Shown in pieces: positions 29,350-39,946 of a DNA stretch of 64,000 bases; the first letter of the stretch is position 1; every line of letters begins with the position of its first letter. A model generated the notes under the pieces. That model was not told the origin of the DNA and did not search any database. It worked only from the letters and a program-made list of their open reading frames with translations. Source of the stretch: Bacteroidia bacterium. Its GTDB lineage: Bacteria; Bacteroidota; Bacteroidia; NS11-12g; UBA9320. A program made the position numbers and the translations under genes. The DNA is taken from contig JAGYJG010000001.1 of assembly GCA_018402155.1 (NCBI GenBank), forward strand, positions 506,198 through 570,197, in the 5' to 3' direction.

Positions 29350-29973
29350 TTAAGATTTGAATGCTACGGTGCCTTTTTCTCTGAGGTTCAGTATAGTTTG
29401 GTGTATCTCGAGCGCTTGATTTATTAGTGAATGTTGTCCGTCATTAAATATTACCCAATCAGCTTTGCTCATGCGATCTCGGTCTGTCATTTGGTTTTGT
29501 ATTCGCTTAAGAATATCTTCTTTTTTTACGTGATCCCGCTTCATTATTCGTTCTATACGCGTTTCTATTGGGCAGGTTACTACAATTACCTTATGTAGTA
29601 TTTTGTAGGTTTTACTCTCAAATAATAAAGCCGCTTCTTTTAGCGAATAGGGGTCATCTTTGTGCTCAGCTACCCACAATTCGTAGTCTTTTTTTACCGC
29701 TGGGTGTACTATACTATTTAGTAATGCGAGTTTTTCTTCGTTATTGAAAACAACTTTTGCAAGATACTCTCTGTTGAGTTCTTCTTTACGCGTATAACTA
29801 TCCCACCCAAAACCTTCGGAAATGATTTTCTTAAGATCTACATCATTATTCATCAGCCATTTAGCTCTGGCGTCTGCATCATAAATTGCTATGCCTAGTT
29901 GTCCAAAAACTTTACAAATGGTAGATTTTCCAGCACCCATTCCTCCAGTAATCCCTATTCTTAGATGCTGCAT
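29350..29973 (-). CDS. coaE: dephospho-CoA kinase
   Basis: 207 aa. 'IGITGGMGAGKST' P-loop at the N-terminus, CoaE-like layout. Confidence 0.8.
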   Translation of the reverse strand: MQHLRIGITGGMGAGKSTICKVFGQLGIAIYDADARAKWLMNNDVDLKKIISEGFGWDSYTRKEELNREYLAKVVFNNEEKLALLNSIVHPAVKKDYELWVAEHKDDPYSLKEAALLFESKTYKILHKVIVVTCPIETRIERIMKRDHVKKEDILKRIQNQMTDRDRMSKADWVIFNDGQHSLINQALEIHQTILNLREKGTVAFKS

Positions 29974-29985
29974 TAATTCTCTTTT

Positions 29986-30273
29986 TTAGTTTTCTTTGGT
30001 AGTGGTATCTGCTAATGTGGTAGCTTCCAAGCTTAGGGCAGCTCTGTTTATTTTTAGTTTATTGCCCTCCCCCGTATCTATAACGCAGGTTAGGTCTTTT
30101 AGTTCTACAATTTTACCATGTATACCTCCTGTCGTAACTACTTTATCTCCTTTTTTTAGTTCTGTAATAAATTTCTTTTGCTTTTTCTGCTTTCGTATTT
30201 GAGGTAAAAAAAAGAAAGTGTACATCACTATGATTAGCAGTATTGGAAATAATAATCCTCCGTTATCAAACAT
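29986..30273 (-). CDS. yajC: preprotein translocase subunit YajC
   Basis: 95 aa. N-terminal TM followed by 'KKGDKVVTTGGIHGKIVEL'. Confidence 0.8.
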   Translation of the reverse strand: MFDNGGLLFPILLIIVMYTFFFLPQIRKQKKQKKFITELKKGDKVVTTGGIHGKIVELKDLTCVIDTGEGNKLKINRAALSLEATTLADTTTKEN

Positions 30274-30275
30274 AA

Positions 30276-30716
30276 TTATTGGTCTTTTTTAGTTATAAAA
30301 ACATTGATTTGAAGAATTGATTTGACAGGATTTGTATTGGCCAAAATAGTAATATCCTTGGTGACCATATCGCTTTTTCCTGTGCTGTTAAATTCTACTT
30401 TTATCTCACCTTTCTCTCCTGGAGCGATTGGTTCTTTTGGCCACTCAGGTATGGTACACCCGCAGCTTGCAGTAGCACTACTTATCACTAAGTCACTATT
30501 GCCGTCATTTACAAATTTAAATGTATGTTCTACTCTCTCTCCTTCAGTTATAGTTCCAAAGTCCCAAGAGGTGGAGGAAAAAGTCATTTTTGGCTCTGTA
30601 GTGCTGTTGTCGTTTGTTTCAATTACAGCTGTATCCATCTTGTTTTTCTTTTTGGAGGCATTGTTGCAAGCTGTTGTTAAGGCTGCTACCATCACTATTA
30701 AAATTACTTTTCTCAT
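30276..30716 (-). CDS. DUF1573 domain lipoprotein
   Basis: ORF to 30767. The probable start is the ATG at ~30716 (MRKVILIVMVAALTTAC, a lipobox). Conserved nusB-DUF1573-yajC-coaE synteny of Flavobacteriia. Confidence 0.55.
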   Translation of the reverse strand: MRKVILIVMVAALTTACNNASKKKNKMDTAVIETNDNSTTEPKMTFSSTSWDFGTITEGERVEHTFKFVNDGNSDLVISSATASCGCTIPEWPKEPIAPGEKGEIKVEFNSTGKSDMVTKDITILANTNPVKSILQINVFITKKDQ

Positions 30717-30783
30717 ATGGTTTGTTTGTTTAAAAATTAATTGTTTTTCTAATTTTGGACTCGACAAATTTAATAATAAGTTC

Positions 30784-31722
30784 CTATTCGATTAATCCTC
30801 TACCTATTTTCTTTATAATGTTTTGTGTTTTCCAGTCTTGAAGTATTTTATCTAGAGTCCCATTCAAGAATTTACTGCTTTTTGGAGTACTGTACATTTT
30901 TGCTATTTCGATGTATTCGTTTAGAGTTACTTTAACTGGTATCATTGGCATATATTTAAATTCTAGTAGCGCCATAGTCATAAGGGTATAGTCTACTTTT
31001 GTTATTCGGTCGCTGTCCCAACCGGGGGTATAATTACTAATTATTTCGAATATTTCTGCTTTGTGAGCAAAATATATTTCCACCAACTCGTCAGCCATTT
31101 GTAAGTCCTCTTTTTCGTTTTTAAATAATTCAGGTATTTCTATGACTCCATTTGTTTCATAGGTTTCCATGATTTTATCAATACTTTTTAGAATTGGGAT
31201 TTTCTCGTCATACCAATATATATTTTTATCTTCAATGAGTTGTTCAAATGCTACAGAATCTAACAGTAAATACTTATAAAGAGATTTCGAAAATTCGGTA
31301 AAATTCAAATCAGAAAGGGGCATAGCCAAAGCTAATTTATAAAAATCAGTTTCTTTAATGTCCTTATATATTGCAAATATGGAATCTTTTTCTGCGTGCC
31401 AGTCTATAGTGGGACGTTTTGAATAAGCATCCATCTTTTCGCTTTGAAGCAAGTTGTCTATGAAAGTATTTTTAGTGATAAGATCAAAATTTTTCAAGTC
31501 CGCTTCTGAGGTATTAAATTTATAGTCTGTAGGGTTGTGCTCTGTAGCTATATAATGACTAAAAACAGGAAGAAAATTTAACACAGCCAACAAATTTGAA
31601 CCCATACCATGCATCGATTTTTTTACATTCTTGGCCACTAGTGAAGGGTTGCTTTTTTCTTGCCCGTGTTCACTAAACAAAGCTTGAAATGTCTTAATGC
31701 GTATTAATCTTCTGTTTAACAT
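30784..31722 (-). CDS. nusB: transcription antitermination factor NusB (long Bacteroidetes form)
   Basis: 312 aa. Syntenic position, NusB-like helical domain. Confidence 0.6.
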   Translation of the reverse strand: MLNRRLIRIKTFQALFSEHGQEKSNPSLVAKNVKKSMHGMGSNLLAVLNFLPVFSHYIATEHNPTDYKFNTSEADLKNFDLITKNTFIDNLLQSEKMDAYSKRPTIDWHAEKDSIFAIYKDIKETDFYKLALAMPLSDLNFTEFSKSLYKYLLLDSVAFEQLIEDKNIYWYDEKIPILKSIDKIMETYETNGVIEIPELFKNEKEDLQMADELVEIYFAHKAEIFEIISNYTPGWDSDRITKVDYTLMTMALLEFKYMPMIPVKVTLNEYIEIAKMYSTPKSSKFLNGTLDKILQDWKTQNIIKKIGRGLIE

Positions 31723-31796
31723 TTAGTATTTATTTTTCAAAGAAATGAGGGGCAAACCTACATCATTTTTCACTCTTTCCGTTTACTTTTATTGCA

Positions 31797-33284
31797 CTAT
31801 TTTATCTTTTTAAATACGTGTATTTCAAACTCTTTGTCATTTAAAGTCTTAATGGGCTGCTTTGGTATTATGCTATGTATTTTTTGCCAAGTAGAGTCGT
31901 GCTCCAACACGTGCAACGGGGTACCACTCTCGTGTGGACCAAAATGACCGTCCCAAATCAAAATATCGTCTTTCTTGCTAAATTGTAGGCTGCTATTCCA
32001 AAAATCAAGATGCTCTAACTCGTTGTATGGATTTATATCTGCCAATAATGAGAAGTATGGATACAAGTATATTTTTCTGTGGGCTTCAAGGTTTTGGGAT
32101 TTGTACCATTCGGCTAATTTATGATATTCGGATTGTTCTGCAGAAATCTGCAAAGGATACTTGTACGCATAGTATCTATATGGTGTATAAATAGCATTTG
32201 ATACAAGAAGTGCGAGTATCAACATAAATACAAATGGAAGAAGTTTGGCTGCATACTGCTTGAGGTTACGATAAAAAGTATTTACTGCAAATACCATCAG
32301 AATAGCTGCTAGTGGAGCTATTACTACCATTACTCTGACATACCCGCAACTACCCATTTTCCCAAGCCACCATATTGCCGTATGACTCAAAAAGTAGAGT
32401 ATAAAAGTTAAAAATATAAGACCTAAAGTATTATTGGCAGGTTTGCTCTTATGCAATAAAGATAGTAGATAATATAACCCACCTAGCGTCATGAGAACTG
32501 AACCTACAAGACCAAAGGTATAATGGCCGGCATAGACGTAATGAAATAGTCCTCCGTTTCCACATACGTTTCGTCCCGAAAGTTCGAAATTGATATACGG
32601 ATTTGATGTGATAATCCAAAAAGGCTCACCTTCAATAATCCAACCCAGTACATTAAATAGTAAGCTTCCCAGTATAGTATATCCTAAAATTTTATATTTT
32701 TTATCTACAAAAAGGAGAAATACAGCAATGGCAAAAAGTACAATGAAACCCTCTGAACGCACAAAAGGCAAAAAGCCCGCCAAAATAGCTGCTGCCGTAA
32801 AATGTTTACTGCTGTAAAAATAAATTGTAAGTGTAACTAGTAGTGCACAAAGAGGTTCCGTAAGTACCGATAGAGTATTATCTAAAAAAATAGGAGAGGT
32901 TAAGGTGAAGATATAGCCGAGCCAAGCAAATCGTAGACCTATTTTACGGATAATATGATAGGTTAATATTGAGGACCCCAAAAGCGAAAAAGTATTGAGC
33001 ACGTATGCACCTGCCACGCCAAATTGCACAAAAGGAGAAGCTATAATATTGTACAAAGGCTTACCCCATTGATCTAAAAAGAGGCTAGGGTAAGACCAGG
33101 AATACCGTGCAATAAGGTAGTGATTGTAAGAATCCATCCCACCTTCTAATCCAGGAGAAAGATAGGCTAAAATAGCGATTACAGAAAAAACTGCAAAGGT
33201 GAATATAACGAGTAATGGTATTTCCCAATTACGTATTATTCTAAGCACAATGCTCTTTTTATCGTTAGTAGGTAGATTGGACAC
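31797..33284 (-). CDS. polytopic membrane protein, possibly a GT-C-fold glycosyltransferase (GT39/ArnT-like)
   Basis: 495 aa with ~11 TMs in the N-terminal 380 aa and a soluble C-terminal domain. The architecture resembles GT-C transferases. No catalytic motif verified. Confidence 0.3.
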   Translation of the reverse strand: MSNLPTNDKKSIVLRIIRNWEIPLLVIFTFAVFSVIAILAYLSPGLEGGMDSYNHYLIARYSWSYPSLFLDQWGKPLYNIIASPFVQFGVAGAYVLNTFSLLGSSILTYHIIRKIGLRFAWLGYIFTLTSPIFLDNTLSVLTEPLCALLVTLTIYFYSSKHFTAAAILAGFLPFVRSEGFIVLFAIAVFLLFVDKKYKILGYTILGSLLFNVLGWIIEGEPFWIITSNPYINFELSGRNVCGNGGLFHYVYAGHYTFGLVGSVLMTLGGLYYLLSLLHKSKPANNTLGLIFLTFILYFLSHTAIWWLGKMGSCGYVRVMVVIAPLAAILMVFAVNTFYRNLKQYAAKLLPFVFMLILALLVSNAIYTPYRYYAYKYPLQISAEQSEYHKLAEWYKSQNLEAHRKIYLYPYFSLLADINPYNELEHLDFWNSSLQFSKKDDILIWDGHFGPHESGTPLHVLEHDSTWQKIHSIIPKQPIKTLNDKEFEIHVFKKIK

Positions 33285-34365
33285 CTAAAATGGCATCTAT
33301 GCGTTGTTCAGCAATTACTGTAGCCGCTTTTTGAGTATGGATATTTCTATCTGCAGCTAGTGCATAAATCGATAAAGTTGTGTCGTATATTTTTTCGGTA
33401 TCGCGCAATGCATTTTCTCTATTGTAACCAATATATTCGGAATACACATTGATTAGTCCACCTGCATTTATCAAAAAATCGGGTGCATATAAAATACCTC
33501 TATTATGTATCAAAGTACCGTGCTCATCCTCTGAGGCTAATTGATTATTAGCCGCGCCTGCAATTATATCACATTTTAGAGCATTTATAGTCTCTGTATT
33601 GAGTATGGCTCCCAAGGCACACGGTGCAAAAATATCCACGTCCAATCCATATATTTCGTCTCCTTCAACCACAGTAGCTCCGTACTCATGAGCTGCGTGT
33701 TTCAAGCTTGCTTCGTTTATATCAGAGACATAGACTATACCTCCATCTTTTTTTATTAATTCTACAAGGTGCATTCCTACCTTTCCTATACCCTGAATAG
33801 CTACTTTTTTTCCTTTCAAGCTATCGCTTCCATATGCCTTCTGTGCACTTGCTTTCATTCCCATATAGGTTCCATAGGCCGTAACTGGACTGGGGTCTCC
33901 GCCTCCTCCCATGCTTTCTGGTAATCCCACTACACTGTCTGTGCTCATATTTACGTACTCCATATCTTTGGTTGTAGTACCTACGTCTTCAGCCGTTATA
34001 TATTTACCATTTAAGTTTTCTACAAATCTTCCAAATTTTCGCATCAATGCTTCAGACTTGTGCTTATTGGCATCGCCAATTATGACCGCTTTTGCGCCTC
34101 CTAGATTAAGTCCAGAAATAGCTGCTTTGTAGGTCATACCTCTAGATAAACGAAGTACATCAGTAAGTGCCTCAGCTTCTGTGGCGTAATTCCACATACG
34201 TGTACCTCCAAGACCTGGTCCAAGTACTGTATTGTGTATGGCAATAATAGCTTTAAGGCCAGTTGCATTATCATTGCAAAAGACAACCTGCTCGTGATTT
34301 GTAGCATGAACCTGAGCAAATAGTCCGTCTTTTGTTTGATGCGATTCGATTGATGTTGTACTCAT
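33265..34365 (-). CDS. Leu/Phe/Val (leucine-type) amino-acid dehydrogenase
   Basis: 366 aa. 'GGAK' catalytic region and Rossmann 'GIGKVG'. Glu/Leu/Phe/Val dehydrogenase family. Confidence 0.8.
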   Translation of the reverse strand: MSTTSIESHQTKDGLFAQVHATNHEQVVFCNDNATGLKAIIAIHNTVLGPGLGGTRMWNYATEAEALTDVLRLSRGMTYKAAISGLNLGGAKAVIIGDANKHKSEALMRKFGRFVENLNGKYITAEDVGTTTKDMEYVNMSTDSVVGLPESMGGGGDPSPVTAYGTYMGMKASAQKAYGSDSLKGKKVAIQGIGKVGMHLVELIKKDGGIVYVSDINEASLKHAAHEYGATVVEGDEIYGLDVDIFAPCALGAILNTETINALKCDIIAGAANNQLASEDEHGTLIHNRGILYAPDFLINAGGLINVYSEYIGYNRENALRDTEKIYDTTLSIYALAADRNIHTQKAATVIAEQRIDAILGVQSTY

Positions 34366-34436
34366 TATGTTTCGATTTTATTAATGCTAAATTTGCGGCA
34401 AAAGTAAAATTAATTTAACTTGTATATCTCATTAAT

Positions 34437-36221
34437 TTGAAGTCACTCAAAACCTTAAGAAAATACGTAGCTCGGCACAAAAAATATCTGGTCATCGGCT
34501 TAGTATTTATAGTACTTTCAAATGTTTTTGCGGTGATGATACCGCCTATCGTTCGTGAAAGTATAGATGGTGTGAAACTTTTGCTCGAAAAAAATGAGTT
34601 GCCCAATTATGCTAAAAAGCTACCTAGCTACTTTCAAACAACTACTGGCATCGCTTTACTCGCTGGTTTGTTGTTACTTGGCTTTGCCCTTCTCAAAGGG
34701 GTGTCTATGTATATTATGCGAATGACCATTATCATAATGTCTCGGCACATAGAGTATGAACAAAAAAATGACATCTTCCGGCATTATCAGAAATTGGGCC
34801 AAAGTTTTTATGGTAAAAACTATACGGGCGACCTTATGAACAGAATAAGCGATGATGTGAGCAAAGTTCGTCTGTTTACAGGTCCAGCTATCATGTATGC
34901 GCTCAATCTTTCGTGTATGATTATATTGGTAGTAGGTCTTATGCTATATACCAACGCGGAAATCACTCTTTACGTACTTATACCTCTTCCTATTTTAGCA
35001 GTGACTATTTATTTGGTAAGTGACGCCATGAATAAAAAAAGCGATAAGATACAGCAAAAATTATCAAACATTACATCTTTTGTTCAAGAGACTTTTGCCG
35101 GTGTTCATGTGTTAAAATCTTACGCAGCAGAGGATTATTTTGCAAGCGATTTTGAGAAAATAAATGAAGAGTATAAAAATGATAATATAGACCTAGTCAA
35201 AATAAACGGTGTTTTTATGCCTGTAGTCTTAGGTTTAGTCGGACTAAGTATTTTAATAACTATTTATGTTGGAGGAAATGCAGTAGTAGATGGCTCATTT
35301 TCTTTGGGTAATATAGTGGAATTTATAATCTACGTGAATATGTTGACTTGGCCGGTGGCTAGCTTAGGGTATGTAACATCGCTAGTGCAGCGGGGTGCTG
35401 CATCTCAAAAAAGGATAGACGAGTTTATGAATGTCAAACCAGATCTAGATGAAGGAGAATTAGTGATTACTTCACTGCAAAATTCTATTGAATTTGTGAA
35501 TGTGTTTTTTCAGTATCCTGAGACTGACTCGTGGGTGCTTAGAGATATATCCTTTAAGATTAAGACAAATACAAAATTTGGTATCATAGGTACGACGGGT
35601 AGTGGTAAAAGTACTATAGCTAAGTTGCTAGTTGGAGTTTATAGACCCACCAAAGGTCAGATTTTGGTAGACGGAAAGCCAATAGAAGACTATAACAGAT
35701 CTAAGTTAAATGAACTTTTCGGCTACGTTGCTCAAGATATATTTTTGTTTTCGGAAACACTGCGTGATAATATACTTTTTGGAAGTGCCAATTCCTCAGT
35801 AGAGAAGAATCTCTCGTATGCAATACGAGCTGCAGCGCTAGATGTAGAAATTGCCAATTTCCCAAACGGATTAGAAACTATGCTAGGGGAGCGTGGTATA
35901 ACTCTAAGCGGCGGGCAAAAACAACGCACAGCAATCGCAAGGGCATTAGTAAAAAAACCAAAGATACTTCTCATTGATGATGGACTTTCAGCCGTAGATA
36001 CGAAAACAGAGGTAGCTATAAAAAATAGCCTGAGTATACATTCAAATGAACAAACATTTATTAACATCAGTCATAGAATTTCCTCTGTGCAAGACTGCGA
36101 GCACATTATTTTTTTAGATGAAGGAGTCATCATAGAGGAAGGAAATCATCAAAATTTGCTGTATAAAAAAGGTATTTATGCTGAACTTTTTGATAAACAA
36201 ATGATGGTTGCAGAAGACTAA
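34437..36221 (+). CDS. ABC exporter, fused permease and ATPase (MsbA/lipid A export-like)
   Basis: 594 aa. Six TMs, then Walker A 'GTTGSGKST', signature 'LSGGQKQR' and Walker B 'ILLIDDGLSAVD'. TTG start. Confidence 0.85.
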   Translation: MKSLKTLRKYVARHKKYLVIGLVFIVLSNVFAVMIPPIVRESIDGVKLLLEKNELPNYAKKLPSYFQTTTGIALLAGLLLLGFALLKGVSMYIMRMTIIIMSRHIEYEQKNDIFRHYQKLGQSFYGKNYTGDLMNRISDDVSKVRLFTGPAIMYALNLSCMIILVVGLMLYTNAEITLYVLIPLPILAVTIYLVSDAMNKKSDKIQQKLSNITSFVQETFAGVHVLKSYAAEDYFASDFEKINEEYKNDNIDLVKINGVFMPVVLGLVGLSILITIYVGGNAVVDGSFSLGNIVEFIIYVNMLTWPVASLGYVTSLVQRGAASQKRIDEFMNVKPDLDEGELVITSLQNSIEFVNVFFQYPETDSWVLRDISFKIKTNTKFGIIGTTGSGKSTIAKLLVGVYRPTKGQILVDGKPIEDYNRSKLNELFGYVAQDIFLFSETLRDNILFGSANSSVEKNLSYAIRAAALDVEIANFPNGLETMLGERGITLSGGQKQRTAIARALVKKPKILLIDDGLSAVDTKTEVAIKNSLSIHSNEQTFINISHRISSVQDCEHIIFLDEGVIIEEGNHQNLLYKKGIYAELFDKQMMVAED

Positions 36222-36407
36222 ATTAAAGTCACAGGCTGTAATAGGGACCTACAAAAAAACGATATGATAGTAAACTAAAATGTACGTGAGTCCGTGTGTA
36301 CTTTTTTGAGTAAAAAAAAGCACAAAGAAGTGTTTGGCTCAGATATGAAAGTCTTGTTTTTTTTGCGTTCTTTGTTCCCGAAATCATATAACACTAAATT
36401 TACAAAG

Positions 36408-36713
36408 ATGGGAGAGTCGAGATTTGACAGAGAGGAGCATTTTACAAAGAAAGTACGAGCGGGAAAGCGTACCTATTATTTTGATGTAAAAACAACAACG
36501 AAGGACGATTACTTTATCACTATTACAGAGAGTAAAAAGCTCTACGACGATGGGGGATTCGTGAAGCATAAGATATTTTTATATAAAGAGGATTTCAATA
36601 AATTTTCGGAAGCATTTGCCGAAACGGTAAATTTCGTGAAAAGCAAACAGATGCCAGCGTATGATTTTGAGGAATATTCCCACCCGAGTTCTGATACTGC
36701 AGAGGGTCACTAA
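36408..36713 (+). CDS. DUF3276 (PUR-alpha-like) family protein
   Basis: ORF from 36294. The likely start is the ATG at 36408 (MGESRFDREEHFTKKVRAGKRTYYFDVK...). Typical ~100-aa Bacteroidetes DUF3276. Confidence 0.55.
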   Translation: MGESRFDREEHFTKKVRAGKRTYYFDVKTTTKDDYFITITESKKLYDDGGFVKHKIFLYKEDFNKFSEAFAETVNFVKSKQMPAYDFEEYSHPSSDTAEGH

Positions 36714-36738
36714 AACGTATATAGCTAAATAAAATTAT

Positions 36739-37263
36739 ATGCAAAAATCAATTTGGATTTTTGGGACAATTTCCGGATTAATCTGTGCTGCCCTCGAGTT
36801 TGTATTTTTTGGTGGGGAAGGCGGAAGTGCCAATGTCATGTTTGTATCAAAAATAGCAGTGCTTCTGGTTGGAATATCATCGGGACTAATTCTTATAAAA
36901 AAGTTGCTAGGAGGAGTAATAAGTATAGCGCGTACTGTAGTAAGTGGAGTGCTCATTGCACTCGTACGCTCAATAGCTATGGTGATAGTATTTGGGTTTT
37001 TGTACTATCCTGATGGGGCCTTTTATCAGACAAGAACTCAAGAGGCTTGGGAGCAAGCAGAAAAAAAAATAGCCGCAGATGAAAAAATAAAACCCGCAGA
37101 CAAACCTATGGAACTAGAGATTGTTAAAGATCAAATTTCAGGGTTATATCAGCCAAAAGGCTATACTATGATTACCATCGGAGGTAGCCTAATCACCGGC
37201 CTTATAGTCTCTATTCTTATGGCTGCCTTTATTGGAACAAATACTATGTACAATGAATCTTAG
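36739..37263 (+). CDS. DUF4199-like small membrane protein
   Basis: 174 aa, four predicted TMs, Bacteroidetes-restricted pattern. Confidence 0.45.
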   Translation: MQKSIWIFGTISGLICAALEFVFFGGEGGSANVMFVSKIAVLLVGISSGLILIKKLLGGVISIARTVVSGVLIALVRSIAMVIVFGFLYYPDGAFYQTRTQEAWEQAEKKIAADEKIKPADKPMELEIVKDQISGLYQPKGYTMITIGGSLITGLIVSILMAAFIGTNTMYNES

Positions 37264-37274
37264 AAATACTAAAA

Positions 37275-37676
37275 ATGATAAAAATAGAAAGTAAAAAATC
37301 CGTCATACACCTAAAAGCACAGAAGCTATTTGACTACCTTGCTGTGCCGCAAAACTATGAAGTATTAATGCCCAATAAGGTACGTAGCTTTGAAGCAACA
37401 GAAAACGCAGCAACCTTAGATATAGAGGGAATAGGAAAGGTAGAGCTCGCAATTACAGAGCGAGTAGCTCCGTTTAAAATTGTAATGACACCGCAGAACA
37501 AAGTTCCTTTCAAATTTTTCATACAGTGGGATATAGTAGCACAGGGAGATTTTGCGGAAACTCAAGCTGTTATTCACGCTGATTTAAATTTTATGATGAA
37601 AATGATGGCGGAATCTTTGTTGCAAAATTTTGTTAATGTGCAAGTAGAAAAACTAACACAGCATCTTAACCATTGA
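37275..37676 (+). CDS. SRPBCC (START/Bet v1-like) family protein
   Basis: 133 aa. Size and secondary-structure periodicity consistent with SRPBCC. Low-specificity call. Confidence 0.35.
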   Translation: MIKIESKKSVIHLKAQKLFDYLAVPQNYEVLMPNKVRSFEATENAATLDIEGIGKVELAITERVAPFKIVMTPQNKVPFKFFIQWDIVAQGDFAETQAVIHADLNFMMKMMAESLLQNFVNVQVEKLTQHLNH

Positions 37677-38413
37677 TACTTACAGCACTCAAAAAACTTT
37701 GGTCCATCTATTTTTTTGTATGGTTTATTGTAATATTTCTAATGCTATATCCCTTATTTAAGGTATTACTTTCTAAAAAAAAGTGGTATACAAAGGCTCA
37801 TTCTCTTAGGCGTTTTTGGGGTAAGACTCTTATGTGGCTTACTGGATTGAGAGGAGAAACGACATACGAAGAACCCTTAGATAGAAATAAGACGTATGTA
37901 TTCACACCTAACCATTTTTCGTATTTTGATATTGTGAGTGTAAATACCCAAATGGCTCACTTTTTTAGTTTTATGGCAAAAAAAGAGTTAGCGAATATTC
38001 CATTGTTTCGGATTTTTTTTAAAACATTGGATTTGCCTGTAGACAGAAAAAGCAAAGATGGAGCTAAAAAAGCGTATTATGACGCATACAGAAAATTGAG
38101 TCAAGGCACAAGCCTACTAAATTTTCCAGAAGGAGGAATAGGGCCTCAAGTTCCCAATATGCGCAAATTTAAATTAGGACCATTTAAACTTGCAGTGGAG
38201 CTAGGATTAGATATCGTTCCTATTACCTTGCCAGATAATTGGAAACGCTTGCCGTGTGGCGAATTTGTGCCAGCGGGAAGCCCTGGTCTGATGCGAATGT
38301 ATGTTCATCGACCGATACCAACTAAAAATCTAAAACAGGGAGATGAATTAGCCTTAAGTGACAAAGTTTATGCTATTATTGAAAAAAAATTTAACGAATT
38401 AAACGGTTTATGA
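37673..38413 (+). CDS. plsC: 1-acyl-sn-glycerol-3-phosphate acyltransferase
   Basis: 246 aa. 'NHFSYFD' (HX4D) and 'FPEGG' acyltransferase motifs, N-terminal TM. Confidence 0.8.
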   Translation: MILTALKKLWSIYFFVWFIVIFLMLYPLFKVLLSKKKWYTKAHSLRRFWGKTLMWLTGLRGETTYEEPLDRNKTYVFTPNHFSYFDIVSVNTQMAHFFSFMAKKELANIPLFRIFFKTLDLPVDRKSKDGAKKAYYDAYRKLSQGTSLLNFPEGGIGPQVPNMRKFKLGPFKLAVELGLDIVPITLPDNWKRLPCGEFVPAGSPGLMRMYVHRPIPTKNLKQGDELALSDKVYAIIEKKFNELNGL

Positions 38414-38700
38414 GTATATCAGAATTGAAAGTGGATGAGCTAGCCCACTTGGCTAGATTAGAGTTTACTAATAGAGAAAAGCAGGCTATAAAAGATGATT
38501 TGAGACGAATAATTTCATTTTGTAATAAGTTAAAAGAGGTAAATACTGATGGGGTAGATCCATTAATCTACTTGAGTCAAGAACAAAACATTTTGCGCAA
38601 AGATGTAGTAGGAGAAATGCTGTCAAAGAAACAAGCGCTTTACAATGCACCTTCTGCAGATTCAGATTATTTTAAAGTGCCAAAGGTAATTACCAAGTAA
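38410..38700 (+). CDS. gatC: Asp-tRNA(Asn)/Glu-tRNA(Gln) amidotransferase subunit C
   Basis: 96 aa, typical GatC. Confidence 0.75.
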   Translation: MSISELKVDELAHLARLEFTNREKQAIKDDLRRIISFCNKLKEVNTDGVDPLIYLSQEQNILRKDVVGEMLSKKQALYNAPSADSDYFKVPKVITK

Positions 38701-39383
38701 TGGCATTAATAGACCTTCAAAATATTTTTAAAACCTATGTCATGGGATCTACGCAAATAAATGCGTTAGATGGATTGAACTGTACCATAGATAAGGGGGA
38801 ATATGTAGCTCTAATGGGCCCTTCAGGATCTGGAAAGTCCACATTGATGAACGTGATTGGCTGTTTAGACTCACCTACATCTGGAATCTATTTGCTAAAT
38901 GGTAAAGACGTTAGCGGTATGTCTGACGATGCACTTGCTAGCGTTCGAAATGTGGAAATTGGGTTTGTTTTTCAGTCGTTTAATCTATTGCCAAGAACAA
39001 GTGCGCTAGAAAATGTGGCTCTACCGCTTGTATACGCAGGTATCGGTAAAAAAGAGCGTATGGAAAGAGCACAGATAGTACTACAAAAAGTGGGTTTAGG
39101 AGACCGTGGAAATCATAAGCCAAACGAGCTAAGTGGAGGGCAACGCCAGCGTGTGGCCATAGCCCGTGCACTTATCAATAATCCGAGTATAGTGTTGGCT
39201 GACGAACCTACAGGAAATTTAGATAGTAAAAGTAGCTATGAAATTATTCAGCTTTTCAAAGAAATACACGAAGAAGGAAATACAGTAGTGATGGTAACTC
39301 ACGAAGAAGACATAGCTACACACGCAAAAAGAACTATAAGGATAATTGATGGCAAACTTGCTACGCAGTTGTCTGTTACATAA
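38700..39383 (+). CDS. ABC transporter ATP-binding protein (LolD/MacB-type)
   Basis: 227 aa. Walker A 'GPSGSGKST', signature '[15 protein letters not shown]', Walker B '[12 protein letters not shown]'. Confidence 0.85.
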   Translation: MALIDLQNIFKTYVMGSTQINALDGLNCTIDKGEYVALMGPSGSGKSTLMNVIGCLDSPTSGIYLLNGKDVSGMSDDALASVRNVEIGFVFQSFNLLPRTSALENVALPLVYAGIGKKERMERAQIVLQKVGLGDRGNHKPNELSGGQRQRVAIARALINNPSIVLADEPTGNLDSKSSYEIIQLFKEIHEEGNTVVMVTHEEDIATHAKRTIRIIDGKLATQLSVT

Positions 39384-39406
39384 TTTGTAAAACCATTAAA
39401 CTAAGA

Positions 39407-39937
39407 ATGAAAATTTATACCAAAACAGGAGATAAAGGACAAACCTCATTAGTAGGAGGCACCAGAGTAAGTAAAACAAACGCTAAAATAGAGGCATATG
39501 GCACGGTAGACGAGTTAAACTCCTCGCTAGGGATAATCGCGGCACTTAGCCAAGAGTATGCTGCATTCATTCACGGAATACAACACAAATTATTCAATAT
39601 TGGTAGTGCTTTGGCTGCGGAAAAAGATTTAAAATTTGAATTGCCAAGTATAGAAATAGAACACATAGAGATGCTTGAAAACGAAATAGATAGAATTATC
39701 CACCTGCTTCCAGTTCTTAAAAATTTTATTCTCCCAGGAGGTTCTATAATTAGTGCTCATGCACATGTGTCCAGATGTATTTGCAGAAGAGCTGAAAGGA
39801 GAGTCGTCGACCTTGAAGACAAAGATTATGCAATACACATACAATATCTCAATAGACTCAGTGATTATCTCTTTGTGCTGAGTAGAGAATTTTTGAGATT
39901 GGAAGGTAAAGAGGAAGTGATTTGGCAGAAAGACTAA
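39407..39937 (+). CDS. ATP:cob(I)alamin adenosyltransferase, PduO-type
   Basis: 176 aa. 'MKIYTKTGDKGQTSL' N-terminus diagnostic of PduO-type ACA. Confidence 0.8.
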   Translation: MKIYTKTGDKGQTSLVGGTRVSKTNAKIEAYGTVDELNSSLGIIAALSQEYAAFIHGIQHKLFNIGSALAAEKDLKFELPSIEIEHIEMLENEIDRIIHLLPVLKNFILPGGSIISAHAHVSRCICRRAERRVVDLEDKDYAIHIQYLNRLSDYLFVLSREFLRLEGKEEVIWQKD

Positions 39938-39946
39938 TAAGTCTTT